From Felis catus (Eukaryota): a stretch of DNA of 64,000 nucleotides. Positions 38,501-51,630 of this stretch are shown one piece after another (the stretch's first letter is position 1; each line of letters begins with the position of its first letter). Below the pieces are notes generated by a model, which ran no database searches, was not told the DNA's origin, and saw only the letters and a list, made by a program, of their open reading frames with translations. Location of the stretch: NCBI RefSeq assembly GCF_018350175.1, contig NC_058368.1:232502001-232566000 (forward strand), read 5' to 3'. Position numbers and translations under genes: made by a program.

Positions 38501-41379
38501 TCCTTAAAAACCTTTAAAATGGACTCCAGGAAGATATTAAAAGGGTGCTGTGTAATGACAGAGTGACGTTAATTTCAGAAGCATGAAGGATCCCGTGTTA
38601 ATAAAGTCATTAATGGGAGGCAACAGTTGAGTTTACATTGCAAACTCCACGCCCATCCTTGCACATAACACACAGTAAAAGAAAACCTTTCTCGCTAAAG
38701 CCAAGGATCCGAAGGAAATAAGGCTGCCACGCTGAAACCTATCTAGCCTGCCTCTCCTCTTTGAAGACCTTTAGACACAGATTAGAAGCTCAGGTACACA
38801 GAACCGAGCTAGAGCAGAAACCTGTTAGTATCTATTCTCAGCCACTACCGGAATTGAACTGCACACCAAATATGAATAGAAAGGCACAAATCTGCATCGG
38901 TCCTGCATTAATACAAAAACAGTAATTTAGCTAAACTAAATTAGGAATGACAACTGGCCAATCAGTTAAAATCAGGCGTATAAATATACCGTGTGGTAGT
39001 AACTTTGTCTTTATTTGTTCTGTATGGGTGGGTTGCTTTTTTGTGCTCCAAATATGATGCTAAATTTTGGAGAGGTAAATATGAATATATAATAATCCCT
39101 CAAAAAATAACACGATAACCCTGGTTGGGAGACAGATGCCAAACAAGATAATCCCATAGCAGGATACCCCACCGGGGGTCTGGTAAGGATCCCAAGAAAG
39201 CACAGAGGGACCAGGAAGATCTCGTGGAGGACATTGTTAAAAACGGCTTGAAGAAAACATGTAATTTCGTTTCTTCTATTTTCCGTGAAATGAACCATCT
39301 TTCAGCACCCTTGTGCTGAAATGACAATGAAGTCCCTTGTAACAATTTCCTAAAGGAACTAGAATTTGAATGGGCAGCACTAGAAAGATGAACTGATCTC
39401 ATGGATTTTCTTAGTGCCATTTCACCCGCTGAAGTGCTTGGCTGTTTCCAACAAGAGGAGTTACAGATCACAAAAGTATAATTAATGTCAAGTGGCTTCA
39501 TTCAACATGACAAGTGCCAAAGGCAAAGTTGGGTGAGAAGTCAGGGAAAATGGCAAGTTATTGTCCAGCACTTAAAATCTGTTTTCTGCCCCCTCTACAC
39601 AAGAGCATATTGGGCTTGTCGGAAGTCTTGGTCTTTGGTGAGTAGAAACGTCTAAAGCACAGACATGACAAGCATCAGTTTCTGTGTAATATTATGTTAT
39701 ACGAAGACCCTGAAAACCCTGTGAATTAAGGAATACAATCCATTTTATAAACTATTATAATAATTTTCAGAACTTCAAACTTTACATACGAATTTATGCC
39801 CTCACGATAGCAAATGTAATATATAGTTGGATAAACGTGCTTCAGAGTAATTTAAGACAACTGTGGCATCATGGCAGTTTCTGGATGGGTATGTTGCGAG
39901 GTATGGAGGTTTCTGGGTGAGGGATACCCCAACGGTGCCCTAGAGGTGTGTGTAAGTCATTAGGGAGTAAATGTTTAGGTCGGCCTGGATGTGGGGCTTA
40001 TCATGACAATTCAGACCAATACTGAAGACGCCGTGTAGGTGCGGACGTTGTCCCTCCCATGAGGCAGATATCAAGTCAATACATGTTAACTGACTGACTG
40101 CATGGCCCAATTAACATTAAAAGCACTTAAGCATGCATCTTATGAAATAGAATTTGCTTATAGGCAAGACAACCCAAGAGCAGAATTCTTTGGACTTGAC
40201 GGCTTCACTACGATCCCTTTTCAAAGCAGTAAAATCTCAAACTACATTAAGAAAGCAATTCCCAGATCTTTTTTCAGTTAATTCATGAAGGAAATATTGA
40301 GAAGGGTTGTGGATTTCCAATGGCTCAACGAAGCCTTTGGCAGCTCAAACCTTCAGAGAATCCAAGATTTACACCATACATAAAACACACACTTTATATC
40401 ATGGCGTTTTTACTATAATACATGAAAAACCATTGGGAGTATGGTTTCCATGAGTTTCAGAGTGTTAATTTAACTTTCCTCTTGGTACAAAATAGTCAGT
40501 GGGATGAATAACTGAAGGGATCGTACTGTTTGGGGTGATTTAGTCACTTTATTTTAATAGCAGATTTAATGCATTAATAAAGTATTTGTGGCAGAAGCAT
40601 GTGGGGAGAAACATGCTTACAAATCACAAGTAATTTACAACGCTGCTGCTGAGAACATCATTACCGCTACTACAAAAATATCCATTTTAACAGTTACATA
40701 TTTCACCAAGACGCTGAAGTGCATCATAAGCCTTTACTGGGAAATCAACGGCCATTAAAGACAATTAATTTCTATGAGTTGTTGACGCTTTATAACAATT
40801 TAATAGTCCAATCACTATAAGCTTTATACCCTGCATATAGATGGGTGTAAAGTTCTTAATAAATCTTATGAATAAATATGTAACTTTAGGAATAAATCAG
40901 TTTGCTAGGGCTGTAGGTATGCTCCGCTCTTAATGGTGCAAATGTACCATCAATCAGTAATCGTGAACTTTCTTATTGCTGAATGGAATCAATAGATTGT
41001 TAACAAAAGAGTGCGCATACTCGTCGGTGCCGTAGGCCATCCTTAGTTCGTTATCATTTTTGGTAGTACTGACGTAGGAGGTCTGACATTTCATAAAAAA
41101 AAGGGGGGGGTGTTCAAAATACCACAGGGATGGTTTGTTAAACCACTATTCTCTATACCAGGTTTACAAACCTAAATCTGGAAAGCTATCTGCCTCTAAT
41201 AAAGTGAAATTATTTTTTCAGGAACCTCAACATTCTTCAAATCTACCTTTGATCTAATTACGCCTTTAAGAACCTTAGCAGATGAAATCTGTTTTCAACG
41301 CTATGTTCATTTTCACTATAAATATTTGTCTTTATCTAATTCACCTTGGTGTCCACATGGAGGAATATGCTGATGACAG

Positions 41380-41645
41380 AGTTCTTCCTGCCAGGGATGT
41401 TGATGTGAGGGCAAGATGGCTGCTGTTCTGGCTGCCGTTTTGGTATGTGAGGTGTTCTAGGACTTCGTGCTACAGGCTGAAGTACAGAAGGAAGATTCAA
41501 GTACCTTGGAGCCTGGTCAACTTTGTGGAGCTGTTCTCTGAGCCCCGGACACCTGACTTCATGTCCCTTTATTGCGAAAGAATAAATCCTCATGAGTACA
41601 GGCCTCTGAAGTCAGGTTTTGTTACTAGGAGTGGATGCAAAACCT
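41380..41645 (+). mobile_element. Old MLT1-like LTR remnant
   Basis: ggctgctgttctggctgccg...ccttggagcc...aagaataaatcctc...gtcaggttttgttact. Confidence 0.45.
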
Positions 41646-42374
41646 GATGTAGAAAGGTCAGAGCACTACATATAGACTACATATAAACTGCGATTGTAAC
41701 TGAGATGATTTAAAAATATCTTTATTTAGGAAAAGGAGAAAAAATTGGAAGCTAACCAAGTAAGTCTTTGTAAGTCACTAGCAAATGTGACTTCATGTCT
41801 CCGAACTCATCACAGTAAAATATTACCTTGTGGAACATAACACGTCATGACCAGAAAATCGTAAATAAGTATTCCTAAAAATCATCTTTACTCTGAATTT
41901 ATAGAGGGTAATGATTGTATAATGTATTTGGCAGTTAGATGGTTTCCTGACCTTATTTTGGAAAACTATAAAATACCTGTCTGAAAAAGCATCATTCTTT
42001 ACTAGTGAGAACTTAAAATATTACTTCCTGAGAAAAATGTATGGCGAGAGACTTACACATTAATAATCATTTGAAAACACCAACTGTATTGGATGTTTAT
42101 CTTCTTACCCGAACATATAGTCTAATTACCACTCCTCTTGAGACCCTCCAGCTCTAAACAACATCCCAGTGTGGAAGGGAGGTTGTCCTCACGTGTGCCT
42201 TGAAAAACGAATCAGTGAGGCAAGCCGTGTTTGACATTGTCCCAGATTTCAAAAGTATGTAGACCGAAGAAAGTGTTTCCTTCGGGTCCGAGAGAGACAA
42301 ATTATTTATGCCTCTCTCATTTTGCCACTAAGGTGTCGGGGGCAGGGAGGGTAGTTAAAAGAAAGAACAAACAA

Positions 42375-42595
42375 GGGGCACCTGGGTGGCTCAGTCGGTT
42401 AAATGTCCGACTTCGGCTCGGGTCATGATCTCACAGGTCATGGGCCCAAGCCCCGTGTCGGGCTCTGTGCTGACAGCTCGGAGCCTGGAGCCTGCTTCGG
42501 ATCCTGTGTCTCCCTCTCTCTCTGCCCCTCCCAGTCTCATGCTCTGTCTCTCTTTCTCTCTCAAAAATCAATAAACATTAAAGAAAAAAGAAAGA
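42375..42595 (+). mobile_element. CAN-SINE
   Basis: Full head, body and tail; TSD aaaga(a/g)caaac. Confidence 0.94.
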
Positions 42596-42861
42596 AAGAG
42601 CAAACTCTCATGACAGCGCATAGAGCATGAAATATCATGCATGTCATGTAACAACCCCCAGCCCCACTTGGGGATGGAAGGTTAAAGTACAAAATGCTGC
42701 TAATGAGACACCAATTGAAAAATTTATATTCCAACCATTTATTCCAATGTCAGTCACTTTTGTATATTTATATCACTTTTACTTAAATAATTTGAAGCAG
42801 TTTATAGCTAACGGCCCCCAAACAACACTATTCACAGAGACTTTTTTAAAAAGCTGTTTGA

Positions 42862-43088
42862 GGGGCGCCTGGGTGGCGCAGTCGGTTAGGCGTCCGACTT
42901 CAGCCAGGTCACGATCTCGCGGTCCGTGAGTTCGAGCCCCGTGTCGGGCTCTGGGCTGATGGCTCGGAGCCTGGAGCCTGTTTCCGATTCTGTGTCTCCC
43001 TCTCTCTCTGCCCCTCCCCCGTTCATGCTCTGTCTCTCTCTGTCCCAAAAAATAAATAAACGTTGAAAAAATAAAATAAAATAAAATA
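42862..43088 (+). mobile_element. Young felid-type SINEC
   Basis: Young head; TSD aaaagctgtttga. Confidence 0.95.
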
Positions 43089-44555
43089 AAAAGCTGTTTG
43101 ACAAAATGAAGAAAGGACAAAATGTAAGAGAATTTTATGAAAGGACACATCTTTATCTGAACATAAAAACCTGGGTCAGCATGAAATTTACATCGGGGCA
43201 GTATGAAATTTAGCTGTTTTTTCTTCTCGACTGATCCTTCTACATCAACTGTTTGCTAAATTCCATTTTAAATAATTGTTAAATAATATGGCTGATTTAG
43301 GAGAAAATATTGAAAAACCTACAATTCCAAAAACACGTGAAACATAGCAAACATTTCAGTGCATTTGTTGATAAGGAAAACAAATAGGAAATAATGGCCT
43401 AATTCACCAGTGTGGTTGGGTTTGAATTTAAACATCTTCAAGGTGGTTCAGTAAATACATTTATTTTACTGTTACAATGGCAAGATTGGTCTCTGAAGAG
43501 ATGATTTTGAAAATAGAACTAAATTTTAGCTCTGGTAGCAAATAATATGGAGTAGGAATCCCTTTAGATAAGAGCCATTTGGGAGATATTGTTTCAAATG
43601 TCTCTAAGAGGCAAAACTTGTCTCACAAAAATAACACTTCTAAAGGGTCGGAATAATAATCTAATTGGGTATTCCAAGAAAACAGTTAACTTTCTGGAGG
43701 AAAAAGAAAACCACCACCAAGCCTGTCATTTAATGCAGGTGTTGGGAGAGAAAAACCACATTTCTAGACGTTTTCAAAGCAGGCAGTAATCAGAACATGG
43801 ACAGAGTGCTCTCCAGAAGGGATGGTTATCATCCAAATTAATAAAAATGAAGGCACAATGCCCCCATGTCGTCTCCTGGCTCCTTGTATCTCTGAGTTCT
43901 CTCCCATTCTCTTACCCAGCATCCCTGCCTTTTGGCTTTACCAGTGGTGTGCTAATGAAGATGTGTCTCGATCCCAAGTCAGGGTGGGTCCCTTCTTTGT
44001 ATAAAAGAATGTAAATTCTGCCATCCGTAAGTACACGACATCCTCAACTGACAAAAACATATAGAGTTAATATGTAAAACGCAAATATTTGAAATGCAAA
44101 GAAACACAAATAGTGTTTTTGAGAGTTAACTCCCACCAGTATCAACAAAAATTTTAGCATCAGGCAAAATTGGAGAGTTGTCTGAAATCTCCATTGTTCC
44201 CGCAGGTTGAACCCTTCTATTGTCAGGTATTAACGCTGCTCTGATATTTTTTAACATAATGTCCCTAAGGAATTTTACATTTGCCTTAATTCATGAAAAA
44301 AAAAGTGTTCTTATGCAAATACACTAAGGAAATGACAACAATATACTTCGGAAAGTAAAATGCACACAATAGGAGGAATTAAACACTGAATAGCTCATCT
44401 ATTTGCATATGAGGTTTTTGTCAAGTTTAGTTAGTAGCGCTTTGATGCAGACTGGAAATGATATCGATATTGAGTCTGCTGGAGTACTTACAATCCAAGT
44501 TGCACATTCTATCTAGATTTTTCTGTTGACTTTCAGTCATTTGAATTGATGGCTT

Positions 44556-44773
44556 TAAAAAAAAATTTTTAATGTTTATTTTTGAGTGAGAGAGAGAGAC
44601 AGAGCACAAGTCGGGGACGGGAGAGAGAGAGGGAGACACAGAATCCAAAGCGGGCTCCAGGCTCCGAGCTGTCAGCACAGAGCCCGACACCGGGGGGCTC
44701 AAACCCAGGAACCATGAGATCATGACCTGAGCCAAAGTCAGATGCTCAACCAACTGAGCCACCCGGGTGCCCC
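44556..44773 (-). mobile_element. CAN-SINE
   Basis: Reverse body ending gagccacccgggtgcccc. Confidence 0.93.
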
Positions 44774-45419
44774 TGCATTGGAAGCTTTTGAAGTAAGAAA
44801 CTTCACCAGTTTGTTTTACTGCAGGAAATGTAGGACTATAATAAATGCTACGCTATTATTTCATTAGTCTAAAAATCTACCAAAGAACAGAAAGTTGGCC
44901 TACTATGTTTTGCATAATAACAATGAAACATAACTGTCGTTGATGTTTTAAATATCATCAAATGTAAATAAAAAGTAGGCCAGCGATTTGAAGTATAAAA
45001 ACATCAACTTTCATTGATTCATCAAGACATTATTGTTTTCTGGGTGATGTTCCATGGCTGCATAAAGCAAGGTATTTCCCTGGTGGACAAATACCAAATT
45101 CCTGTGTTTGACTAACAGGTACAGCGATCTGGTGTAGCATACCTTTCAATAATATCTGTATTTTCTTCATTAATATGTAATTGAGTCTTCAAAATGTTTA
45201 GTCCTCTGTGAGATAAAATGACAAGACTTAATTATTCCTGCATACCTTGCATAACAATTTTTTTTGCCCTAGTTAGAGAAAAAGAAAAGATATCTCACAT
45301 AGCAGGGAACTGACCTCCTCCCTTGTCATGGAGACCTAGTGCCAAATTAACATGTGTGCCGGTGACAGAAAACATTATCAGCTAGATTTTAGATTAAAAT
45401 AACAACATTAATCCCACTC

Positions 45420-45422
<3 letters not shown>

Positions 45423-45466
<44 letters not shown>
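45423..45466. repeat. (TA)n microsatellite
   Basis: Direct observation. Confidence 0.97.
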
Positions 45467-45469
<3 letters not shown>

Positions 45470-45658
45470 TACTTCGTATGTGGTACTGATTTTAAGGTAC
45501 AGAATTTGTTCCTTGACCAAAACGAATGAATGCAGCTGTTATTAAAAAGAGCTGATTAGCACCATTTTCAGTCACGCCAAAGATGCTACCACTTATCCTG
45601 AGAAAATGCCTCTGTACCTGCAAGTCTCAATGGAAAGTGCCCTAGGGAATCCATTCTG

Positions 45659-45853
45659 TTTTTTTTTTTAATGTATATTTATTCTTGAGAGAGACAGACA
45701 GACAGAGCATGAGCGGGGAGGAGCAGAGAGAGAGAGACACAGAATCCGAAGATGTCAGCACAGAGCCTGTCGTGCAGCTCGAACCCACGAACCACGAGAT
45801 CATGACCCGAGCTGAAGTTGGACGCTCAACCCACTGAGCCACTCAGGCATCCC
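45659..45853 (-). mobile_element. CAN-SINE
   Basis: Reverse body. Confidence 0.92.
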
Positions 45854-45889
45854 TATTCTTCTTCTTCTTCTTTTTTAAAAAAATACTTT

Positions 45890-46131
45890 CATTCCTTTTT
45901 TTAAAAGAATTTTTTAAGTTTATTGTATTTATTTTGAGAGAGGGAGGGACAGAGAGAGGGGGAGAGAGCAGAGGAGGGCCAGAGAGAGAGAGGGAGAGAG
46001 AGAGAACCCCAAGCAGGCTCTGCACTGTCAGCACAGCGCCTGATGCGGGGCTTGAACTCACAGACTGTGAGGTCATGCCCTGAGCCAAAATCAGAGTCAG
46101 ATGCTTCACCGACTGAGCCACCCAGGAGCCC
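45890..46131 (-). mobile_element. CAN-SINE
   Basis: Reverse body. Confidence 0.92.
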
Positions 46132-46242
46132 TGGGAATCTATTTTAACAGCAGCACCATTCTGAGAAGGCTGAAGAGGGCACCTGCTCTCAAAGTCTATA
46201 CACAACACACATCTCATGCTCCTTTGAATTCTGCTCAATTTC

Positions 46243-46475
46243 TTTTTTTTCTTTTTTTTTTTTAATTTTTTTTTAACGTTTATTTATTTTTGAGACAGAG
46301 AGAGACAGAGCATGAACGGGGGAGGGTCAGAGAGAGGGAGACACAGAATCCGAAACAGGCTCCAGGCTCTGAGCTGTCAGCACAGAGCCCGACGCAGGGC
46401 TCGAACTCACGGACCGTGAGATCATGACCTGAGCCGAAGTCGGCCGCTTAACCGACTGAGCCACCCAGGCGCCCC
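46243..46475 (-). mobile_element. CAN-SINE
   Basis: TSD gaattctgctcaatttct. Confidence 0.95.
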
Positions 46476-47691
46476 GAATTCTGCTCAATTTCTATTTTAT
46501 CTTTCATTGTCGGTTTCCTATACAAAAACCACCTGTCAGTGCCCAGTGCTTCCCAATTTCCTATAAGCGAAGATAGTCCTTGACAGGAGTATTCACAAAT
46601 TCTGCACCTGCCTCTTCCACTGTCCATTGCAAACTGCATTATACTTGAAAACCCCATGCATGAAAAGTTGCTTTGCCCAAATTAAAAGGCCACTCTAAAC
46701 CTTAGATTATACCAAAATACGCCTTTTATTCTCTTGCGGTTTCATTTACTTTTAAACACACTTTGCCTACAATTTTTAGGTGATGCATCTACAAGGTGAG
46801 ACCTTTTGTGCTAAGCTTATTTTAGAGCACGAAAAGTGATTGAAAATACATGATCTGTAAAAGATCTTTGTCAGAGCCATAACTATTGCCTAGAATAGCA
46901 TGGTGTTTCTGTTAATTGTTCTCAAATTTTAAACAAATTGCAGATAACCCCCGAAGAAACCATAATCCAGGCAGCTAATAATGGTTAAATCTATTTGGGT
47001 GAGAACTCAGCTGACCTGGAGATATTCACGGTGAAACTCTTCTTATGCCTTTAAAACAGCAATGCCTTTATGGGGGAAATACAGCATTTCTATCTTTGTA
47101 ACTTTCTTTTTCTGTAGCAAAAATGCAGTGATGTTGCCAACAGAAGACAGAGTAGGGGACTGGGTAATATACAGGGTGTGAATTTCATTAGAGCTTCAAT
47201 AGCGTAAGGGGACTAGGGTGCAAGGGAAGAGAATTGCTATGATATGCATGCCCAATTAAGATCCTTCTGCACAGAGAATTAGCATTTTTATTTTGGAAGA
47301 AAAGGGCTGATCAAGCACACGTGACAGCAATTTCCACTTTTACTCATTCACAAAAATGAATGTGGCAGATACTGTTAGGTGCCTGTAGTGAAAATAGCTG
47401 ATTTTAAGAGCCTGGTGTTGAGTAAGAGAAATAAACACGTGGCATAAATAATTCACTTCATTCGTTCACTCAGAGGTTATTCAGAGAGATTTATTTAGAT
47501 GAGTAAGACGTATAACGTGCCCCTACTTTAAGGAATTCCTCAAATCACCTTCCAGACTGAACTTAATACAAAGTGCTTCAGAAAACATAAATGTATTTGT
47601 TTTCTTGTTGCATATTACAAGTTTCCTGTAGAGATTCAGGTAACCTCTAGTTTTGTTTTTTTTTTTTTTCACAATCATGAGTGCAAGGCTA

Positions 47692-47897
47692 TTTTTTTTT
47701 TGTTTATTTATTTATTTTGAGGGAGAGAGAGCGTGCCAGCAGGGGAGGGGCAGAGAGAGAGGGAGAGACAATACCAAGCAGGCTCTCAGCCATCGGCGTG
47801 GACCCAGACTTGGGGCTTGCACTCACAAACCCTGAGATCATGACCTGAGCCGAAGTCAAGAGTTGGAGGTTTCACTGACTGCACCACCAGGCACCCC
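47692..47897 (-). mobile_element. CAN-SINE
   Basis: TSD caag(g/a)ctattttt. Confidence 0.92.
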
Positions 47898-47924
47898 AAA
47901 CCAAGACTATTTTTTAGCCCAAAC

Positions 47925-48303
47925 TGAAAGGGCGGGCCTACTCCGGCCAACTCCATCTTGTTCTGTGTCCTTCACCTAGACCACTGCCTCCTCCCCTTGA
48001 GTAACCTCCTGCTCACCCATTCAAACTTCCTGATCAAAACACGCCCAGCGACCTGCCTAACAGGACTCTGACCCTTCCCCAGCCAATTGGCCAAGGCCAC
48101 GCCCCTTCCCCAGCCAATCGGCTGCCCCTAGACCCCTATAAAACCTTTGTGCTTTTGAAACTCACTCTCTCCCTGGTATCTCACCGCTGCGTCGGTGCAG
48201 GTAGGGGATTGAGCTCGAGCTAGCTAGAATAAAGGCTCTTTTGCTTTTGCATCGGACTCGGCTCCCTGCTGGTCTTTGGGGATCACGAATTCTGGGCATA
48301 ACA
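47925..48303 (+). mobile_element. ERV solo LTR, 379 bp
   Basis: TG...CA termini; perfect TSD CAAAC (47920-47924, 48304-48308); two CCAAT boxes (48083, 48114), TATAAAA (48137-48143), AATAAA (48228-48233) in U3-R-U5 order. Confidence 0.9.
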
Positions 48304-48702
48304 CAAACAAGGTTATAAAATGCATATATTTGTAAAACTCCATAAGCATGCTATGTGTGATTGAGTAAAACTCAGAAGCGTCTTCTCTATGTTCATACAC
48401 AAATTACTCTCCCAGAAAACTTCGGATCCCCCATCATGTTTTAGCAGATGCAGATTTTCTGCCAATTCCCAGTGATGTGACCATTTATTTCAGGACAAGG
48501 ATCAGTGTGACCATCAGTAGAGAAAAGTTAATACATTAGTTCAGTGCTTTCATACAATAAAATTAGGAATTATTTTACCACTGATATTTGTATCCTAGGA
48601 AAAACCTAGCATGCTTCAAAGGTATTGACAAGTAATCACTCAGTAAATAAGAAAATCTAAGTTGTCAGCACTACACCTTATGTTGATAAGCTATGATTTC
48701 AT

Positions 48703-48960
48703 GGGGCACCTGGGCAGCTCAGTCGGTTAAGTATCTGACTTCGGCTCAGGTCACGATCTCACGGTTTGTGGGTTCGAGCCCCGCGCCGGGCTCTGTACTG
48801 ACAGCTCGGAGCCTGGAGCCTGCTTCGGACTCTGTATCTCCTTCTCTCTCTGCCCCTCCTCTGCTCATGCTCTGTCTGTCTGTCTGTCTGTCTCTCTCTC
48901 AAAAATGATTAAACATTAAAAACATTTTTTTGAATAAAATAAAAAATAAAAATAAATAAA
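48703..48960 (+). mobile_element. CAN-SINE flanked by an unusually long (~50 bp) duplication
   Basis: Full body; flanks 48653-48702 and 48967-49016 align 40/50. Confidence 0.93.
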
Positions 48961-51084
48961 CAAATAAGATCTAAGCTGTCAACACCATGGCTTATGTTGA
49001 TAAACTCTGATTTCGTGTTACATTCCAGATCCAACATTATTTTTTTTTCAGTTGTGAAGGTTAATTGAATCTTTCCTGTGACTAATTTATTTGTGAGGCT
49101 GCCTTTTCCTCCCTATTAATGTTCTTCCTTGCATAACGGGGGGGGGCCCGCAGAGAGGCAGCTTCTGCTGCCCCCGGGTGGGCCATGTGACCTGTCCCTG
49201 TCAATGGAACCTGAATGGGGAGGCGGCCGGGAGCGTCATCTCCATTCTCCCAAGGACAAAACCACACACCCACCAGGACAGCTCACACCCCCCTTGCGCT
49301 GTAAGGTGGGTTTGCATTCTTGTCTGTTGCCTGCCATCCATTCATGTGTTGCTGAGGTACAGCATTCCCTTCCTTGCCTGGGTCCAGGTTAGAGTTTGCC
49401 ATCAAAACAACACGCACACGATTTGGGAAGACAGTATTGGAGGAGAAGCGGTGACCCCCAGAGCTGGCTGCAGTCAGACTCTGGGCAGATGCAGGGTTCG
49501 TTGCGACTCCCTGGGGAGCTTCCGGAGAGCCCCTCCTCACTGTGACCGAACGGGACGGTTGACCGGAGCTTCTCGGAGATTCCTGAGAGCTTCTGCAGCT
49601 TCCGGGTGAGTCTGAGAAGCACCCACTTGGGGGCATCAGGCTGCCTGAGATATCTGTGGTGGCTTCCCTGGTCTTCAGAAGTCATGTACGATGCCAGTTC
49701 TTACACTAAACCTCTTCTACCCAAAATGCATAGCGTGGCCTCCATGATCCAGATCGGTCCCTGAAGTGCATGAACAACTTCTATGGAAAGCTGCTAACAT
49801 TTTAGGTGCATCGGTTATCCCCTGTAGCATTAACCTAATTAAAAGACAACACAACGTTTTTAGAAAATTTCAAAGCAGTTTCCGAAGTAAAATACGAATG
49901 TTCACCCTCCTAATATCCGGCACATCTGCCGACTTTTAATTGTGTCCTTTTTCAAGACCAATACATATTTGAATTTGAATAGTTCTCTAAGCTATGTGCT
50001 TAAACAACTTCGCCTAATTTCAATGGTTCGTAGCCCGAACCTTTAACTCACGCACGCGTAGTTTAAATTCTTTGCACACACAAGCCCACTTATCGTTCTT
50101 ATTTTAGCCTGTCTTAGTTTTGAAGGTTTATAAGGTAAAGCACTATGCTATATCCTAATACTTGGGTGGAATCTCTTTCTTGAACAGTCTTAGTTATTGT
50201 AAGAGAATTACCTTACAAATTCACAGAATACTCCTTTGAAGTAAGAAAATAACTTGGAAAGACTGAAGAGGAACTCTCAATGAGATTTTCTCAAATCACA
50301 TTTTTAATTGACGTGGCAAAAATAATAGACAGAACCAGAATCCGGTGAGTTTATAAAAAAACAATGGTTGTCCAAAAGCAAAGGGGCCTATGCTACCTGC
50401 CTATTGAAAAATAACAGACAATGAATCATTTGCAAACAAGTGCCCATGAAAGATAAAACTATAGACGAGATAACAAAAAAATTCCCAGAAAAACTGTTGA
50501 CTAAATAATAAAATTCTGGATTTGGAATTAATGTGCCAAAATTAGTGGCTTTCCCAAGTAGAAACAGTTCATAAATACAATGAAATAATAGAATCTATTT
50601 TCAAAGCCAACAAAAGCAGGTAAGTAGGAATACACCTTATAAGATATACACACAATCTATAAAATAAGATGTGTGTTCATATAAAATATGTCTCTGTGAT
50701 AAAGTAAAAGGCAATGTTGCCTTCTCTTTTCCATGTGTGCTTTTCCAATGAACTTTTACTACATCCCTGCAAAATACAAATGGCAGCTGGACCAGCCAGC
50801 TGTCTCAGCCTGAGTGTTGCTTCACTGCCTCTAAGCGATGGTGGAAGGTGTTCATGATTCTTAGGGTGTTGTGACGGTTGAATAAGATTTATTTATAGCC
50901 CTTTGTGCAAGGGCAGAAAAATGATCAAAGACCTTTTGGACAATAGTAATTATTTGGCTTTTAGAAGTTGCTTATGTCTGGAGAGACTGTATTTCTGAGA
51001 AATTTCAAATATAGTTACTTTTTGGCCCTAATGTAGCAACTAATGTCATTAGTGACATATTTATACAGATAATAGTAGAAAACA

Positions 51085-51297
51085 TTTTTTTTTTCAACGT
51101 TTATTTATTTTTGGGACAGAGAGAGACAGAGCATGAACGGGGGAGGGGCAGAGAGAGAGGGAGACACAGAATCGGAAACAGGCTCCAGGCTCTGAGCCAT
51201 CAGCCCAGAGCCCGACGCGGGGCTCGAACTCACGGACCGCGAGATCGTGACCTGGCTGAAGTCGGATGCTTAACCGACTGCGCCACCCAGGCGCCCC
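51085..51297 (-). mobile_element. Young felid-type SINEC
   Basis: TSD tagaaaaca(t/c)tttt. Confidence 0.95.
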
Positions 51298-51406
51298 TAG
51301 AAAACACTTTTAAAACTGGTAATCATTTATGTATTTTTTAGTTTATTCCTGAAGGGTGACTCTTCCTACATTAGTTAGAAGAACTCATGACAATAAGATA
51401 TAATTA

Positions 51407-51630
51407 TTTTTTTTCGAGTTTATTCATTTATTATTTCTGAAAGAGAGAGAGAGAGAGAGCACATGCACACACAAGACGGGGAGGGGCAGAGAGAGCGAGA
51501 GGGGGACAGAGAATCTAAAGCAGGCTACCTGTCAACACAGAGCCCAATGTGGTGCTCGAACCCACGAAACATGAGATTATCACCTGAGCCAATGTCGATG
51601 TTTAACCAACTGAGCCACCCAGGCACCCCA
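51407..51630 (-). mobile_element. CAN-SINE
   Basis: TSD aagatataatt. Confidence 0.92.

Noticed and set aside
39011..39501. 95- and 133-aa minus-strand ORFs in the repeat-poor block
   Set aside because: No recognisable homology or convincing splice boundaries; better explained as non-coding.
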